Source: Gallionellaceae bacterium UBA2239
GTDB lineage: Bacteria; Pseudomonadota; Gammaproteobacteria; Burkholderiales; UBA9220
DNA: 64,000 nt
NCBI GenBank assembly: GCA_002347615.1
Contig: DDYH01000006.1
Span: 8,573 to 72,572 of the forward strand
Direction: 5' to 3'
The translations under genes and the position numbers were made by a program. Of the stretch, positions 1 to 8,538 are shown piece by piece; position 1 is the stretch's first letter; every line of letters begins with the position of its first letter. Under the pieces are notes generated by a model, which did not search any database, was not told the DNA's origin, and saw only the letters and a list, made by a program, of their open reading frames with translations.

Positions 1-1143
1 GAGACCCTGCGGGCGGAAATCGAGGACTACATCGCCCGCCGCGCCCGCAATCCCAATTCCCTGCCGCCCGCCACCATCAGCGTCCGCGGTTACGTCCACG
101 TGCCGGGCCGGCCCGACGAGGCCATTCCCCCGGCCCTGCTCAAGCTCGACCCCGGCAAGCACCAGCTGGTGCTGGATGGCATCCCCTACCGGGTGGCCGT
201 GGCCGACCGGGGCGACGAGCGCTACGTCATGCTGTTCAACGAGGTGCGCCAGCGCCACCGGGAGGAGCAGTTCCTGGTTTACCTCGCCATCGGCGCCCTG
301 GTGGCGGTCCTGGTCTCCGCCGCCATCGGCTGGTGGCTGGCGGGGCGGATAGTGGCGCCGGTGGCCGAGCTTTCCCGCCGGGTTGGGCGGGCGAGGCCCG
401 AGGACGAAGCGTCGGGGATGGAAAAAGGCTTTGCCGACGACGAAATCGGCCGGCTGGCCCGGGTGTTCGGCGGCTACCTCAAGCGGATGCGGGCTTTCAT
501 CGACCGGGAGCGGGCCTTCACCGCCGATGTCAGCCACGAGTTGCGGACGCCTTTGTCCATCGTCCAGGGGGCGGTGGAATTGCTGGAGGACGACCCGCGC
601 CTGGACGGCAAGCAGAGGGAGCGCGTGGCCCGCATCGGCCGCGCCTCCGGCGAGATGATCGAACTCACCGCCGCCCTGCTGCTGATGGCCCGGGAAGAAA
701 GCCCCGACGAGCCGGCGGATTCGAACTGCGACGTGTGCGACGTGGTCCGGCACGCCATCGACGCCCACCGCCACCTGCTGAGCGAAAAAACCGCAGTGGA
801 ACTGGATTGCCGCAGCCGCCCCCGCGTCGCCGCCGAGCGCACCCTGCTGGGCATCGTCGTCGCCAACCTGATCCGCAACGCCTTCGCCTACACCGAATCC
901 GGCAAGGTGGCCATTGCCGTGGAGGACCGCTGCCTGACGGTAGCCGACACCGGGCCGGGAATCCGGGAGGAGGAAATCGGCAAGGTGTTCCAGCGCCATT
1001 TCAAGGGCAGCGGCAGCACCGGCGCCGGCATCGGCCTGTCCCTGGTCAAGCGCATCTGCGACCGCTACGGCTGGGAAACGGTGATCGACAGCACCGAGGG
1101 CCAAGGCACCACGGCGCAGTTGTTCTTCGCCGGCCCGGCCTGA
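1..1143 (+). CDS. Sensor histidine kinase (5' end lies upstream of the window)
   Basis: Frame 1 is open from nt 1 (ETLRAEIEDY..) into listed ORF 100..1143. TM segment LVYLAIGALVAVLVSAAIGWWLA, H-box SHELRTPLS, N-box NLIRNAFAYT, G-boxes DTGPGI and GAGIGLSLV. Confidence 0.9.
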   Translation, partial: ETLRAEIEDYIARRARNPNSLPPATISVRGYVHVPGRPDEAIPPALLKLDPGKHQLVLDGIPYRVAVADRGDERYVMLFNEVRQRHREEQFLVYLAIGALVAVLVSAAIGWWLAGRIVAPVAELSRRVGRARPEDEASGMEKGFADDEIGRLARVFGGYLKRMRAFIDRERAFTADVSHELRTPLSIVQGAVELLEDDPRLDGKQRERVARIGRASGEMIELTAALLLMAREESPDEPADSNCDVCDVVRHAIDAHRHLLSEKTAVELDCRSRPRVAAERTLLGIVVANLIRNAFAYTESGKVAIAVEDRCLTVADTGPGIREEEIGKVFQRHFKGSGSTGAGIGLSLVKRICDRYGWETVIDSTEGQGTTAQLFFAGPA

Positions 1144-1163
1144 GGGGCGGACTCGCCGCCGGT

Positions 1164-1241
1164 CCCTCATCCCCGGCCCTTCTCCCGGAGGGAGAAGGGA
1201 GAAAACCCCCTCTCCCTCCGGGAGAGGGTTGGGGTGAGGGG
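1164..1241. repeat. GC-rich palindromic repeat, family A (CCCTCTCCC..GGGAGAGGGTTGGGGTGAGGGG type)
   Basis: Two adjacent hairpins: CCCTTCTCCC-GGAG-GGAGAAGGG and CCCTCTCCC-TCC-GGGAGAGGG followed by TTGGGGTGAGGGG. The same motif recurs at 17788, 26548, 27037, 28066, 33417, 45371 and 52741. Confidence 0.8.
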
Positions 1242-1450
1242 CAGTCGCCAGTTGTTGTTCTCCAGCGTGGTCGTGCTTCGAGCCCTCGGCGCGAACGGGT
1301 TCTTTCGGCGCTTCCTTGACGTTCCCTTGACCTATCCTTGACGCCCCCTTGACGGGCGCCGTCGTAGCATACCAAGGTAACCGGTCAGCTGCGTTGCCGC
1401 CCCTCCTCCCCGGGGCGGCGCTCCGGTTTCAACCACCTGCGAGCGACGCC

Positions 1451-1648
1451 ATGAGAATCTCCTCCCTCTCGACCCCCTTTGTGGAACCCTCTTCCAAGCC
1501 CGGCCACGGCGGCGATTCGTCCGGCCCGGTCCTGGGCATCTTCCGTAAACTGGACCGGATGCTCACCGCCATGGCCTGCGCCGAAGCGGGCGACCTGGAT
1601 GCGGTGAAGGACATCCTGGGCCAGGACACGAAGCGGAAAAAACGATGA
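1451..1648 (+). CDS. Small hypothetical protein (65 aa), stop overlaps the SulP start (ATGA)
   Basis: ATG at 1451 within listed ORF 1349..1648. The 4-nt ATGA overlap with the downstream transporter suggests coupling. No recognisable motifs. Confidence 0.3.
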   Translation: MRISSLSTPFVEPSSKPGHGGDSSGPVLGIFRKLDRMLTAMACAEAGDLDAVKDILGQDTKRKKR

Positions 1649-3348
1649 ACGCCTGGGTCCAAAGGCTGCCCCTGGCCAAGCTTCTCACCCTGAATCCGGC
1701 CACCTTCAAGCATGATCTGATCGCCGGCGTCACCGTCTCCCTGGTTGCCATTCCCCAGTCCCTGGCCTACGCCCAGTTGGCCGGCGTTCCCGCCTACTAT
1801 GGCCTGTACGCGGCCCTGCTGCCCACCATCATCGGCGCCCTGTTCGGCTCCTCCCGCCAGCTTTCCACCGGCCCGGTGGCCATGACTTCGCTCCTCACCG
1901 CCGCCAGCGTGGCTCCCCTGGCCGCCCACGGCAGCGAGCTGTTCTACGCCTACGTGATCCTGCTGGCCCTGGTGTCGGGGCTGTTCCAGGTCCTGTTCGG
2001 CGTGCTGCGGGTGGGGGTGCTGCTCAACTTCCTGTCCCACCCGGTGCTGATGGGCTTCATCAACGCCGCCGCCCTCATCATCGGCCTGTCCCAGTTGCCC
2101 ACCTTGCTGGGCATACCGGCCAGCCAGTCGGAGCATTTCCTGCTCGACATCTGGCAGGTGCTGGTCCATGTCGACACCCTGCACGAAATCTCCGTGGCCT
2201 TCGGCCTGTCGGCCATCGTGCTGCTGATGGGGTTCAAAAAGCTGGCGCCCAGGATGCCGGGGGTGCTGATCACCGTGGCCCTGCTGACCTGGGTCAGCTA
2301 TTTCATCGGCTACGCCGGCCTGGGCGGCCGGGTCGTCGGCGCGGTGCCCCAGGGCCTGCCCTCCCTCAGCGTCCCGCCCCTGGACTGGAAAGCCACCGTG
2401 GCGCTGTTGCCCGCCGGCTTCGTCATCGCCCTCATCAGCTTCATGGAGGCCATGTCCAGCGCCAAGGTGATCGCCATCAAGACCCGTCAGCCGTGGGACG
2501 AGAACAAGGAACTGATCGGCCAGGGCCTGGCGAAAATCGCCGCCGCCTTCAGCCATTCCATGCCGGTCAGCGGGTCCTTCTCCCGCTCCGCCCTCAACCT
2601 GGCCTCCGACGCGAAAACCCCCCTTTCGTCCATCGTCTCGGCGGTGTTCGTGCTGCTGACCCTGCTGTTCTTCACCGGCTTGCTCCATCATCTTCCCAAG
2701 CCCGTCCTGGCGGCCATCATCATGATGGCGGTGATCGGCCTGATCAATTTCCGCGCCATCGTCAACGCCTGGCGTGCCAGCAAGGACGACGGCATCGCGG
2801 CCATGGTCACCTTCGCCGCCACCCTGGGCTTCGCCCCCAACATCCAGAACGGCATCCTCACCGGCATCATCCTGTCTCTGGCCCTGCTGCTCTACCGCAT
2901 GATGCAGCCCCGGGTGGCCGAACTCGGCCTGTTCGACGACGGCACCCTGCGGGACGCCCACCGCCACCACCTGCCGCCCCTGCACCCCAAGCTGGGGGCC
3001 ATCCGCTTCGACGGGGCGCTACGCTTCGTCAACGTGTCCTACTTCGAGGACGCGCTGCTGGCCTACGAGCGGGAAAACCCCGCGGTGCGCTACATCCTGG
3101 TGAAATGCAACGGCATCAACTATCTGGACGCCTCGGGGGTGGAGACCTTGTCCAACCTGGTGGTCCGCTTCCGGAACAGCGGCATCACCCTGGGTTTTAG
3201 CGGGCCCAAGAAACAGGTACGGGAAGTGATGGACGATACCGGCCTGAGCCAAAGCATCGGCCCCGAGAATATTTTCGCCACCGACCAGGAAGCTTTCGAC
3301 CAACTGTACCGGCGGGGCGTGATCGACGCTGAAATCGGGAAGCCGTAA
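1645..3348 (+). CDS. SulP-family anion (sulfate/bicarbonate-type) transporter with C-terminal STAS domain
   Basis: 567 aa. Multi-TM core with DLIAGVTVSLVAIPQSLAYAQLAGVP and the SulP signature region. C-terminal STAS-like segment (IRFDGALRFVNVSYFED..GITLGFSGPKKQVREVM). Confidence 0.9.
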   Translation: MNAWVQRLPLAKLLTLNPATFKHDLIAGVTVSLVAIPQSLAYAQLAGVPAYYGLYAALLPTIIGALFGSSRQLSTGPVAMTSLLTAASVAPLAAHGSELFYAYVILLALVSGLFQVLFGVLRVGVLLNFLSHPVLMGFINAAALIIGLSQLPTLLGIPASQSEHFLLDIWQVLVHVDTLHEISVAFGLSAIVLLMGFKKLAPRMPGVLITVALLTWVSYFIGYAGLGGRVVGAVPQGLPSLSVPPLDWKATVALLPAGFVIALISFMEAMSSAKVIAIKTRQPWDENKELIGQGLAKIAAAFSHSMPVSGSFSRSALNLASDAKTPLSSIVSAVFVLLTLLFFTGLLHHLPKPVLAAIIMMAVIGLINFRAIVNAWRASKDDGIAAMVTFAATLGFAPNIQNGILTGIILSLALLLYRMMQPRVAELGLFDDGTLRDAHRHHLPPLHPKLGAIRFDGALRFVNVSYFEDALLAYERENPAVRYILVKCNGINYLDASGVETLSNLVVRFRNSGITLGFSGPKKQVREVMDDTGLSQSIGPENIFATDQEAFDQLYRRGVIDAEIGKP

Positions 3349-3459
3349 GACCTCAAATCCAATGGAGTGCAAATGAATACGCTTCCGGGCAGGTTGGTAT
3401 TGGCCGGCGGCCGGCGCAGCGAAGTTTTCCGCAATTAGCACCTGACTTCCTCTCGATGC

Positions 3460-3492
3460 CCACCGCCGGGTGGAAACGGCGGTGGTTTTTTT
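3460..3492 (+). terminator. Rho-independent terminator downstream of the SulP gene
   Basis: CCACCGCCG (3460-3468), 8-nt loop, CGGCGGTGG (3477-3485), followed by T7 (3486-3492). Confidence 0.8.
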
Positions 3493-3511
3493 GCCCTCGA
3501 AACCACGCGCC

Positions 3512-3709
3512 ATGATCGCAGTACAAGACGCATGGAAGGCCGGGCTGTTCCGGCGCGAACATTGGCTGCCCAACGTGGTGTCCGGCGTCATCGTCGGGGT
3601 GGTGGCCCTGCCCCTGGCCTTCGCCATCGCCCTCACCACCCTGCTGCCGCCTTTCGCCCTGAAATGGCTTTGCCGCCGCTACGGCGGAGACGGCCCTCTC
3701 CCGGACTAG
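3512..3709 (+). pseudogene. N-terminal remnant of a second SulP/DauA-like transporter
   Basis: MIAVQDAWKAGLFRREHWLPNVVSGVIVGVVALPLAFAIA resembles the first TM segment of SulP/DauA proteins. The similarity then stops and the frame ends after about 65 codons. The listed ORF start at 3470 lies inside the upstream terminator. Confidence 0.45.
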
Positions 3710-4098
3710 CCCACCGCCGAATCCTTTTTGTGTTGTTTGGCGACCTCCTGCTCCAGCTGCATGATGGCGCCCACGATGTCCTTGGAGGCGGAGGAGAATT
3801 CCCGCCCGCTGGCCATCATCTCTTCCGCCCCTGGCTTGTCCCCGGCCTCGGTCTTCCGCACCACTTCCGCCGCCTGGAGGTGGAATTGGGCGTGCTTCTT
3901 CACCAGGTCCTTGTAAGGGGCCGTTTCCGCGAATTGCTTCCCTTCGCCGTAAATCCATTGCCCCAACTCGCAGGCATCGTCCTTGGCTACCATCGTGCTG
4001 TCGAGTTTTCCGCCCCGGCCATCGAGGAAATTGCGCAGATGTATTTTCCACTTGAGATGGCTGACGATCGCCTCATCGAAATCCATGGTGCCCCCCAT
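3706..4098 (-). CDS. CZB (chemoreceptor zinc-binding) domain protein
   Basis: DFDEAIVSHLKWKIHLRNFL ... DDACELGQWIYGEG ... KKHAQFHLQAAEVV: the H..W / C.LG.W / H..FH pattern of the CZB domain. Confidence 0.8.
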   Translation of the reverse strand: MGGTMDFDEAIVSHLKWKIHLRNFLDGRGGKLDSTMVAKDDACELGQWIYGEGKQFAETAPYKDLVKKHAQFHLQAAEVVRKTEAGDKPGAEEMMASGREFSSASKDIVGAIMQLEQEVAKQHKKDSAVG

Positions 4099-4155
4099 TG
4101 TTTTGGTAAGTGACGTGTGCCCGAATATTGCAGCGTGATTTCAGCTTAGCTTAAA

Positions 4156-4328
4156 CCCAGATTATCCATTAGGCGGCGCTTCGCGCCTACGCGAGCGCTG
4201 GCGGCCGGTTTGCGGCCATTTTTGCCGCTTGTTCGTCGTCCATGGAATAACCATGGACTCCTCGCAAGCAACGAAACTGTCTCGCAACCCACCTCGCCAT
4301 CATCTCGCGTCCTAATGGATAATCTGGG
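4156..4328 (+). mobile_element. MITE-like non-autonomous element, copy 1 (173 bp, 18-bp TIRs, TSD TTAAA)
   Basis: TIRs CCCAGATTATCCATTAGG (4156-4173) and CCTAATGGATAATCTGGG (4311-4328). Direct TTAAA at 4151-4155 and 4329-4333. 171/173 identical to 15177-15349. Confidence 0.9.
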
Positions 4329-4344
4329 TTAAAAATCGTTTCGG

Positions 4345-5148
4345 CTATCGTTGCTCCTTTGAGCGCGGTGTCTCCCGCCCTTCCGGGATGATGCCGAACA
4401 CGTACCACCAGCCGGTCAGGGGCGATTTGCGGAACAGGACCGTGCGCTGCTTGTCCCGGAACAGGTAGCGGGTGGACCCTTCCTCCTGGGCCTGCATGCG
4501 GCCGATGGCCCGGCTCAGGTCCGGGCTGAGCTTGGTCGGGTCGGTGAAGATCAGGTGGGGGTCCCAGTCCAGGCCGATCAGGGGGGCGGCGTCGAAGGAG
4601 TAGAAAATCATGGTCTGGTCCAGATCCATATCCTTCTCCAGGCGGGCGCTGAGCTGGTCCAGGTAGACCGAGGCGCCGAGCATCCCCGCCACGGATTTGT
4701 CCGGGCCCATCACCGGCACGGCGACGATGGCGACGCTTTTGCCGGTGGCCCTGCTCACCACCAGGTCGCCGATCACCGTCTTCCCGGCCAATAGCTTGGG
4801 GAAATAGGCGCGGCCCGACAGGTTGCCGGCGGCGCGGCCTTCCTGCACGCTCCAGTAGCTCCCGTCGGGCAGGGCGAACCAGTTGAGGGCGGGAACGTTC
4901 CGCCGCCCCACCTGGGCGAGGCCGGATTTGATCCGCTCCCAGTTTCCCGATTGGGCTTCCGGGGTGGCCGCCAATTCCCCCAGGTCGTCGGCCATCTTCT
5001 GCAGGTGGCCGTCGCTCAGGGAAACCAGGGAGGCGAGGGCTACCTTGCCGTCCACGGTGAAGGCGGGCTCCCCCCGGGCGAGCCCGGCGCCGAGGAAAAG
5101 GGTCAGTACGATAAGGAACAGGCGGGGAAGCAGCGGTGTGTTGGCCAT
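4345..5148 (-). CDS. Secreted periplasmic sensor-like protein (Cache/PDC-like fold)
   Basis: Signal peptide MANTPLLPRLFLIVLTLFLGAGLARG. Remainder resembles single Cache ligand-binding modules (..YFPKLLAGKTVIGDLVVSRATGKSVAIVAVPV..). No output domain. Confidence 0.55.
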   Translation of the reverse strand: MANTPLLPRLFLIVLTLFLGAGLARGEPAFTVDGKVALASLVSLSDGHLQKMADDLGELAATPEAQSGNWERIKSGLAQVGRRNVPALNWFALPDGSYWSVQEGRAAGNLSGRAYFPKLLAGKTVIGDLVVSRATGKSVAIVAVPVMGPDKSVAGMLGASVYLDQLSARLEKDMDLDQTMIFYSFDAAPLIGLDWDPHLIFTDPTKLSPDLSRAIGRMQAQEEGSTRYLFRDKQRTVLFRKSPLTGWWYVFGIIPEGRETPRSKEQR

Positions 5149-5163
5149 GACTTTTCTCCTCGG

Positions 5164-5604
5164 TTAGATGTCCAGCGGCCCCACGTGGGCCACCAGGGTG
5201 GGGTTTTCCCGCCACAGTTCCGGGTCGGCGTCCACGTAGAGCTCCAGTTCGTTGCCGTCCGGGTCCGCCAGGTAGAGGGACTGGGACACCCAATGGTCCG
5301 ACTGGCCGGTGACGGGGATTCCTTTCGCCAGCAGTTCCTCCTTCACCGCCTTGAGCTCCTCCAGGGAATCGCCCACCTTGAAGGCCAGGTGATAGAGGCC
5401 CAGCGCCCGGGGCGGCGGGTTGGGGGCGCCGGGGCCCAGTTCCAGCAGGGCCAGGTCGTGGTGGTTGGTGCCGAGGGAGAAGAACACCATGTGGTCCCGG
5501 TAGCGGGCCACTTCCCGCATTCCCAGCACGTCCCGGTAGAAGGGCACGGAGCGTTCCAGGTCGCGGACCTTGAGGGTGGCGTGGCCGAGGGCGCTGATGT
5601 GCAT
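5164..5604 (-). CDS. VOC-family (glyoxalase/extradiol dioxygenase-like) protein
   Basis: 146 aa. LGHATLKVRDLERSVPFYRDVLGM .. HHDLAL .. LYHLAFKV .. SLYLADPDGNELELY, a typical VOC beta-alpha-beta module. Confidence 0.85.
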   Translation of the reverse strand: MHISALGHATLKVRDLERSVPFYRDVLGMREVARYRDHMVFFSLGTNHHDLALLELGPGAPNPPPRALGLYHLAFKVGDSLEELKAVKEELLAKGIPVTGQSDHWVSQSLYLADPDGNELELYVDADPELWRENPTLVAHVGPLDI

Positions 5605-5710
5605 AGGCGATCCCTTTAGCGAATGAGCAAACCTTAATGAGCAAACCTAAGGCTAGACTGTGAGCATGGCTTTGACCAGCCTCACCGCGGGAACGAGAAA
5701 GGGAGAGACG

Positions 5711-6565
5711 ATGACAACAGGCCCGAGTTTGATCGTGCGCCCCATGGCGGAGGAAGAAGTGGCCTTCGCCGTGGACCAGGCGGCCCGGGAAGGATGGAAT
5801 CCGGGCCTGTTCGACGGCGGGGTGTTCTACCGTGCCGACCCCCGGGGATTTCTTTTGGCCGAACTGGAAGGCCGGCCGGTGGGCGCCATTTCGGCGGTGG
5901 CCTACCCCGGCGGATTCGGTTTCATCGGCTTCTATATCGTGCTGCCGGAGCACCGCGACAAAGGCTACGGCCTGGCCTTGTGGCAGGCCGCCATGGAGCG
6001 GCTCAAGGGCTGCAACGTGGGCCTGGACGGGGTGCTGGACCAGCAGGAGAACTACCGCAAATCCGGCTTTCATTTCGCCTACAGCAACATCCGCTTCGAA
6101 GGGGCCGGGGGCGGGACCCGGCCCTCCGATCCCTCCCTGGTGGATCTGGGCATCGTGCCCTTCGAGCAACTGATGGCCTACGACCGCCGCTTCTTCCCCG
6201 CCGAGCGGCGGCTGTTCCTCGACGGCTGGCTCGGCCTGCCCCAGTCCAGGGGCTGCGCCGTGGTGCGGGACGGCGTGCTGTCGGGCTATGGTGTGGCGCG
6301 GCGCTGCCGCAAAGGCTTCAAGGTCGGCCCCCTGTTCGCCGACGACCGGGTATCCGCCGAGGAAATCTACCGCGCCCTGGCCGCCTTCGCCGGCCCCGGC
6401 GAGCCGGTCTACCTGGACGTGCCCGAGGCCAACGCCGAGGCCATGGCCATGGCGGCGCGCTACGGCATGCGCCAGGTGTTCGGCACGGCGCGGATGTATA
6501 CCGGGCCGGCGCCGGACATCCACCTGGCCGGGGTGTACGGGGCCACCAGCTTCGAGCTCGGTTGA
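5711..6565 (+). CDS. GNAT-family N-acetyltransferase (YitH-like two-domain type)
   Basis: Start chosen at MTTGPSLIVRPMAEEEVAFAVDQAAREGWNPG. GNAT core FIGFYIVLPEHRDKGYGLALWQAAMERL. Confidence 0.8.
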   Translation: MTTGPSLIVRPMAEEEVAFAVDQAAREGWNPGLFDGGVFYRADPRGFLLAELEGRPVGAISAVAYPGGFGFIGFYIVLPEHRDKGYGLALWQAAMERLKGCNVGLDGVLDQQENYRKSGFHFAYSNIRFEGAGGGTRPSDPSLVDLGIVPFEQLMAYDRRFFPAERRLFLDGWLGLPQSRGCAVVRDGVLSGYGVARRCRKGFKVGPLFADDRVSAEEIYRALAAFAGPGEPVYLDVPEANAEAMAMAARYGMRQVFGTARMYTGPAPDIHLAGVYGATSFELG

Positions 6566-6738
6566 CAGCCCGTGGGCGGGTTTTTTTCGTACAATGTCAA
6601 TTTTAATCTGAAACTCGCGTAGCGAGCCCTCGTCCCCCTCGCCCGTTCCGCCGTGGTTGCCGCTTTGCGGCGGGCACCCGGCGAGAACACCCCTTGTGGG
6701 TGCGGGTGAGGGTAGGGGTGAGGGAAATGGGAGTCGGC

Positions 6739-7554
6739 ATGAAAATCGCGTTCATCGGCGGCGGCAATATGGCCAGCGCCCTCATCGGCGGACTCGTCGG
6801 CAAGGGCTTCGCCCCTGCCGACATCCGCGTGGTGGAAATCACCCCCGAGGCCCGGGAGCGGCTGCAGAGCCGCTTCGGCGTCGCCGCCTACGGCGAGATG
6901 GCCCCCGCGGTGGAGGGGGCGGACGCGGTGGTGCTGGCGGTGAAGCCCCAGCAGCTTTACCCGGTGGTGAAGGAGCTGGCGCCCTTGCTTTCGAACCAGC
7001 TGGTGGTGTCCATCGCCGCCGGGGTGCGGGCTTCGGACATCTCCCGCTGGCTGGGGGATTACCCCAAGGTGGCGCGGGCCATGCCCAACACGCCGTCCAT
7101 GGTGGGGGCCGGCATCAGCGGCCTCTACGCCATGCCCGGCCTGGGGGAGGGCGAGCGCAAGCAGGCCGAAACCATCCTCGCCGCGGTGGGCATGACCCTG
7201 TGGCTCCACGACGAATCCCAGATGGACGCCGTCACCGCCGTCTCCGGCAGCGGCCCGGCCTACGTCTTCTACTACCTGCAAGCCCTGCAGGAAGCGGCCC
7301 AGGAGCTGGGCTTCTCCAGCGCGGAAGGCCGCACCCTGGCCCTGGAAACCTTCGTCGGCGCCTGCAAGCTGGCGGCGGACAGCGGCGAGGACTTCGCCCT
7401 GCTGCGGGCCAAGGTGACCTCCAAGGGCGGCACCACCGAGGCCGCCATCCTCAGCAAGGAGGCCGCCGGGGTGCGCGCCGCCATCGTCCAGGGGGTGAAG
7501 GCGGCCCGCGCCCGCTCCGCCGAGCTGGCGGAAGAACTCGGCAAGGCGGAGTAG
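6739..7554 (+). CDS. proC: Pyrroline-5-carboxylate reductase
   Basis: MKIAFIGGGNMASALIGGL Rossmann start. Conserved ..VSIAAGV.., MPNTPSMVGAGISG, TSKGGTTEAAI. Confidence 0.95.
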   Translation: MKIAFIGGGNMASALIGGLVGKGFAPADIRVVEITPEARERLQSRFGVAAYGEMAPAVEGADAVVLAVKPQQLYPVVKELAPLLSNQLVVSIAAGVRASDISRWLGDYPKVARAMPNTPSMVGAGISGLYAMPGLGEGERKQAETILAAVGMTLWLHDESQMDAVTAVSGSGPAYVFYYLQALQEAAQELGFSSAEGRTLALETFVGACKLAADSGEDFALLRAKVTSKGGTTEAAILSKEAAGVRAAIVQGVKAARARSAELAEELGKAE

Positions 7555-7557
7555 GCG

Positions 7558-8136
7558 ATGCTGGCCCAAGCCCTGCAATTCATCATCGAATCGGTGTTCA
7601 ACCTGTTCGCCCTCGCTCTGCTGCTGCGCTTCCTGCTGCAATGGGTGCGGGCCTCCTTTCGCAACCCCTTCGCCCAGTTCCTGGTGGCCCTGACCAATTT
7701 CCTGGTGCTGCCTTTGCGCCGCGTGATCCCCGGCTTGGCCGGGCTGGACCTGGCCTCACTTTTCGCCGCCTGGCTGGTGGAGTTCCTGATGCTGCTGGCG
7801 GTCCTGGCGGTGAGCGGTTTCCCCTTGCTGGTGGCGGGCTGGGGCGTGGTGCCGGGGGTCATGCTGTGGGCGGTGGTGAAGCTGGTTTCCCTCAGCGTTT
7901 ACGTCCTGATGGGGGCGGTGCTGATCCAGGCCCTGCTGTCCTGGGTCAACCCCTACACCCCCCTGGCGCCGATGCTCGACGCCCTGGCCGGGCCGGTGCT
8001 GCGCCCGGTGCGCAGGCTGCTTCCCCCCATCGGCGGCGTGGACCTCTCGCCCCTGGTGGTGCTGCTGGCCCTGCAACTGGTGCTGATGCTGCCGGTGGCG
8101 TGGCTGGAGATGATGGTGATGGGGCTGTTCCGCTGA
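7558..8136 (+). CDS. yggT: YggT-family integral membrane protein
   Basis: 192 aa with two YGGT repeats (LLLRFLLQWV.. / ..VLIQALLSWVNPY). Conserved position after proC. Confidence 0.85.
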   Translation: MLAQALQFIIESVFNLFALALLLRFLLQWVRASFRNPFAQFLVALTNFLVLPLRRVIPGLAGLDLASLFAAWLVEFLMLLAVLAVSGFPLLVAGWGVVPGVMLWAVVKLVSLSVYVLMGAVLIQALLSWVNPYTPLAPMLDALAGPVLRPVRRLLPPIGGVDLSPLVVLLALQLVLMLPVAWLEMMVMGLFR

Positions 8137-8420
8137 TGTGGTATCGCTTTGACGACAAGAAGAAGCTCTTGTCCCTCACCCTCTACATCCAGCCCGGCGC
8201 CAAGCGCACCGAAGTGGCGGGGCTCCACGGCGAAGCGCTGAAAATCCGCATCGCCGCCCCCCCGGTGGACGGCGCCGCCAACGAAGCCCTGCTGGATTTC
8301 CTCAAGAAAGCCTTCGGCGTGCCGGGCTCCAGCGTCACCCTGAAACACGGCGCCAGCGGGCGCAGCAAGGTGGTGGAAATCCAGTCCCCCGCAGTCTCTC
8401 CCGAGGCCCTGCTGAAATGA
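8136..8420 (+). CDS. yggU: DUF167 (YggU) family protein
   Basis: ATG at 8136 overlaps the yggT stop (TGATG). LYIQPGAKRTEVAGLHGEALKIRIAAPPVDGAANEALLDFL matches the YggU family. Confidence 0.85.
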   Translation: MWYRFDDKKKLLSLTLYIQPGAKRTEVAGLHGEALKIRIAAPPVDGAANEALLDFLKKAFGVPGSSVTLKHGASGRSKVVEIQSPAVSPEALLK

Positions 8421-8440
8421 TGTCGAAGAAAACGGCTTTT

Positions 8441-8520
8441 GCCGCCAAGACGCCAAGCACGCCAGGAAATAAATCTCTTCTCTCCTTTGTTTTCCTTGGC
8501 GTTCTTGGCGTCTTGGCGGC
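8441..8520. repeat. Palindromic intergenic repeat, family B
   Basis: GCCGCCAAGACGCCAAGCACGCCAGG (8441-8466) pairs with CCTTGGCGTTCTTGGCGTCTTGGCGGC (8494-8520) around an AT-rich loop. Confidence 0.75.
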
Positions 8521-8538
8521 TAAAAACAGGTTTTTGAA

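Noticed and set aside
1429-2985. 518-aa minus-strand ORF antisense to the SulP gene. Similar very long ORFs occur at 4187..6523(-), 6460..7641(-), 8335..9495(-), 31050..32489(-), 33084..34790(-), 42659..44188(-), 45372..48695(-), 46124..48898(+), 48852..50630(+), 51821..53278(-), 57709..59307(+) and 61281..63830(-).
   Set aside because: Their translations are low-complexity Gly/Arg/Pro/His/Gln-rich strings with no motifs. They lie opposite or out of frame to genes with clear family signatures. These are the open shadow frames expected in about 65% G+C DNA.
3470-3709. Listed ORF start at 3470 (METAVVFLPSKPRA..).
   Set aside because: The first 8 codons are the stem-loop and T-run of the SulP terminator. 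If anything is translated, the start is the ATG at 3512.
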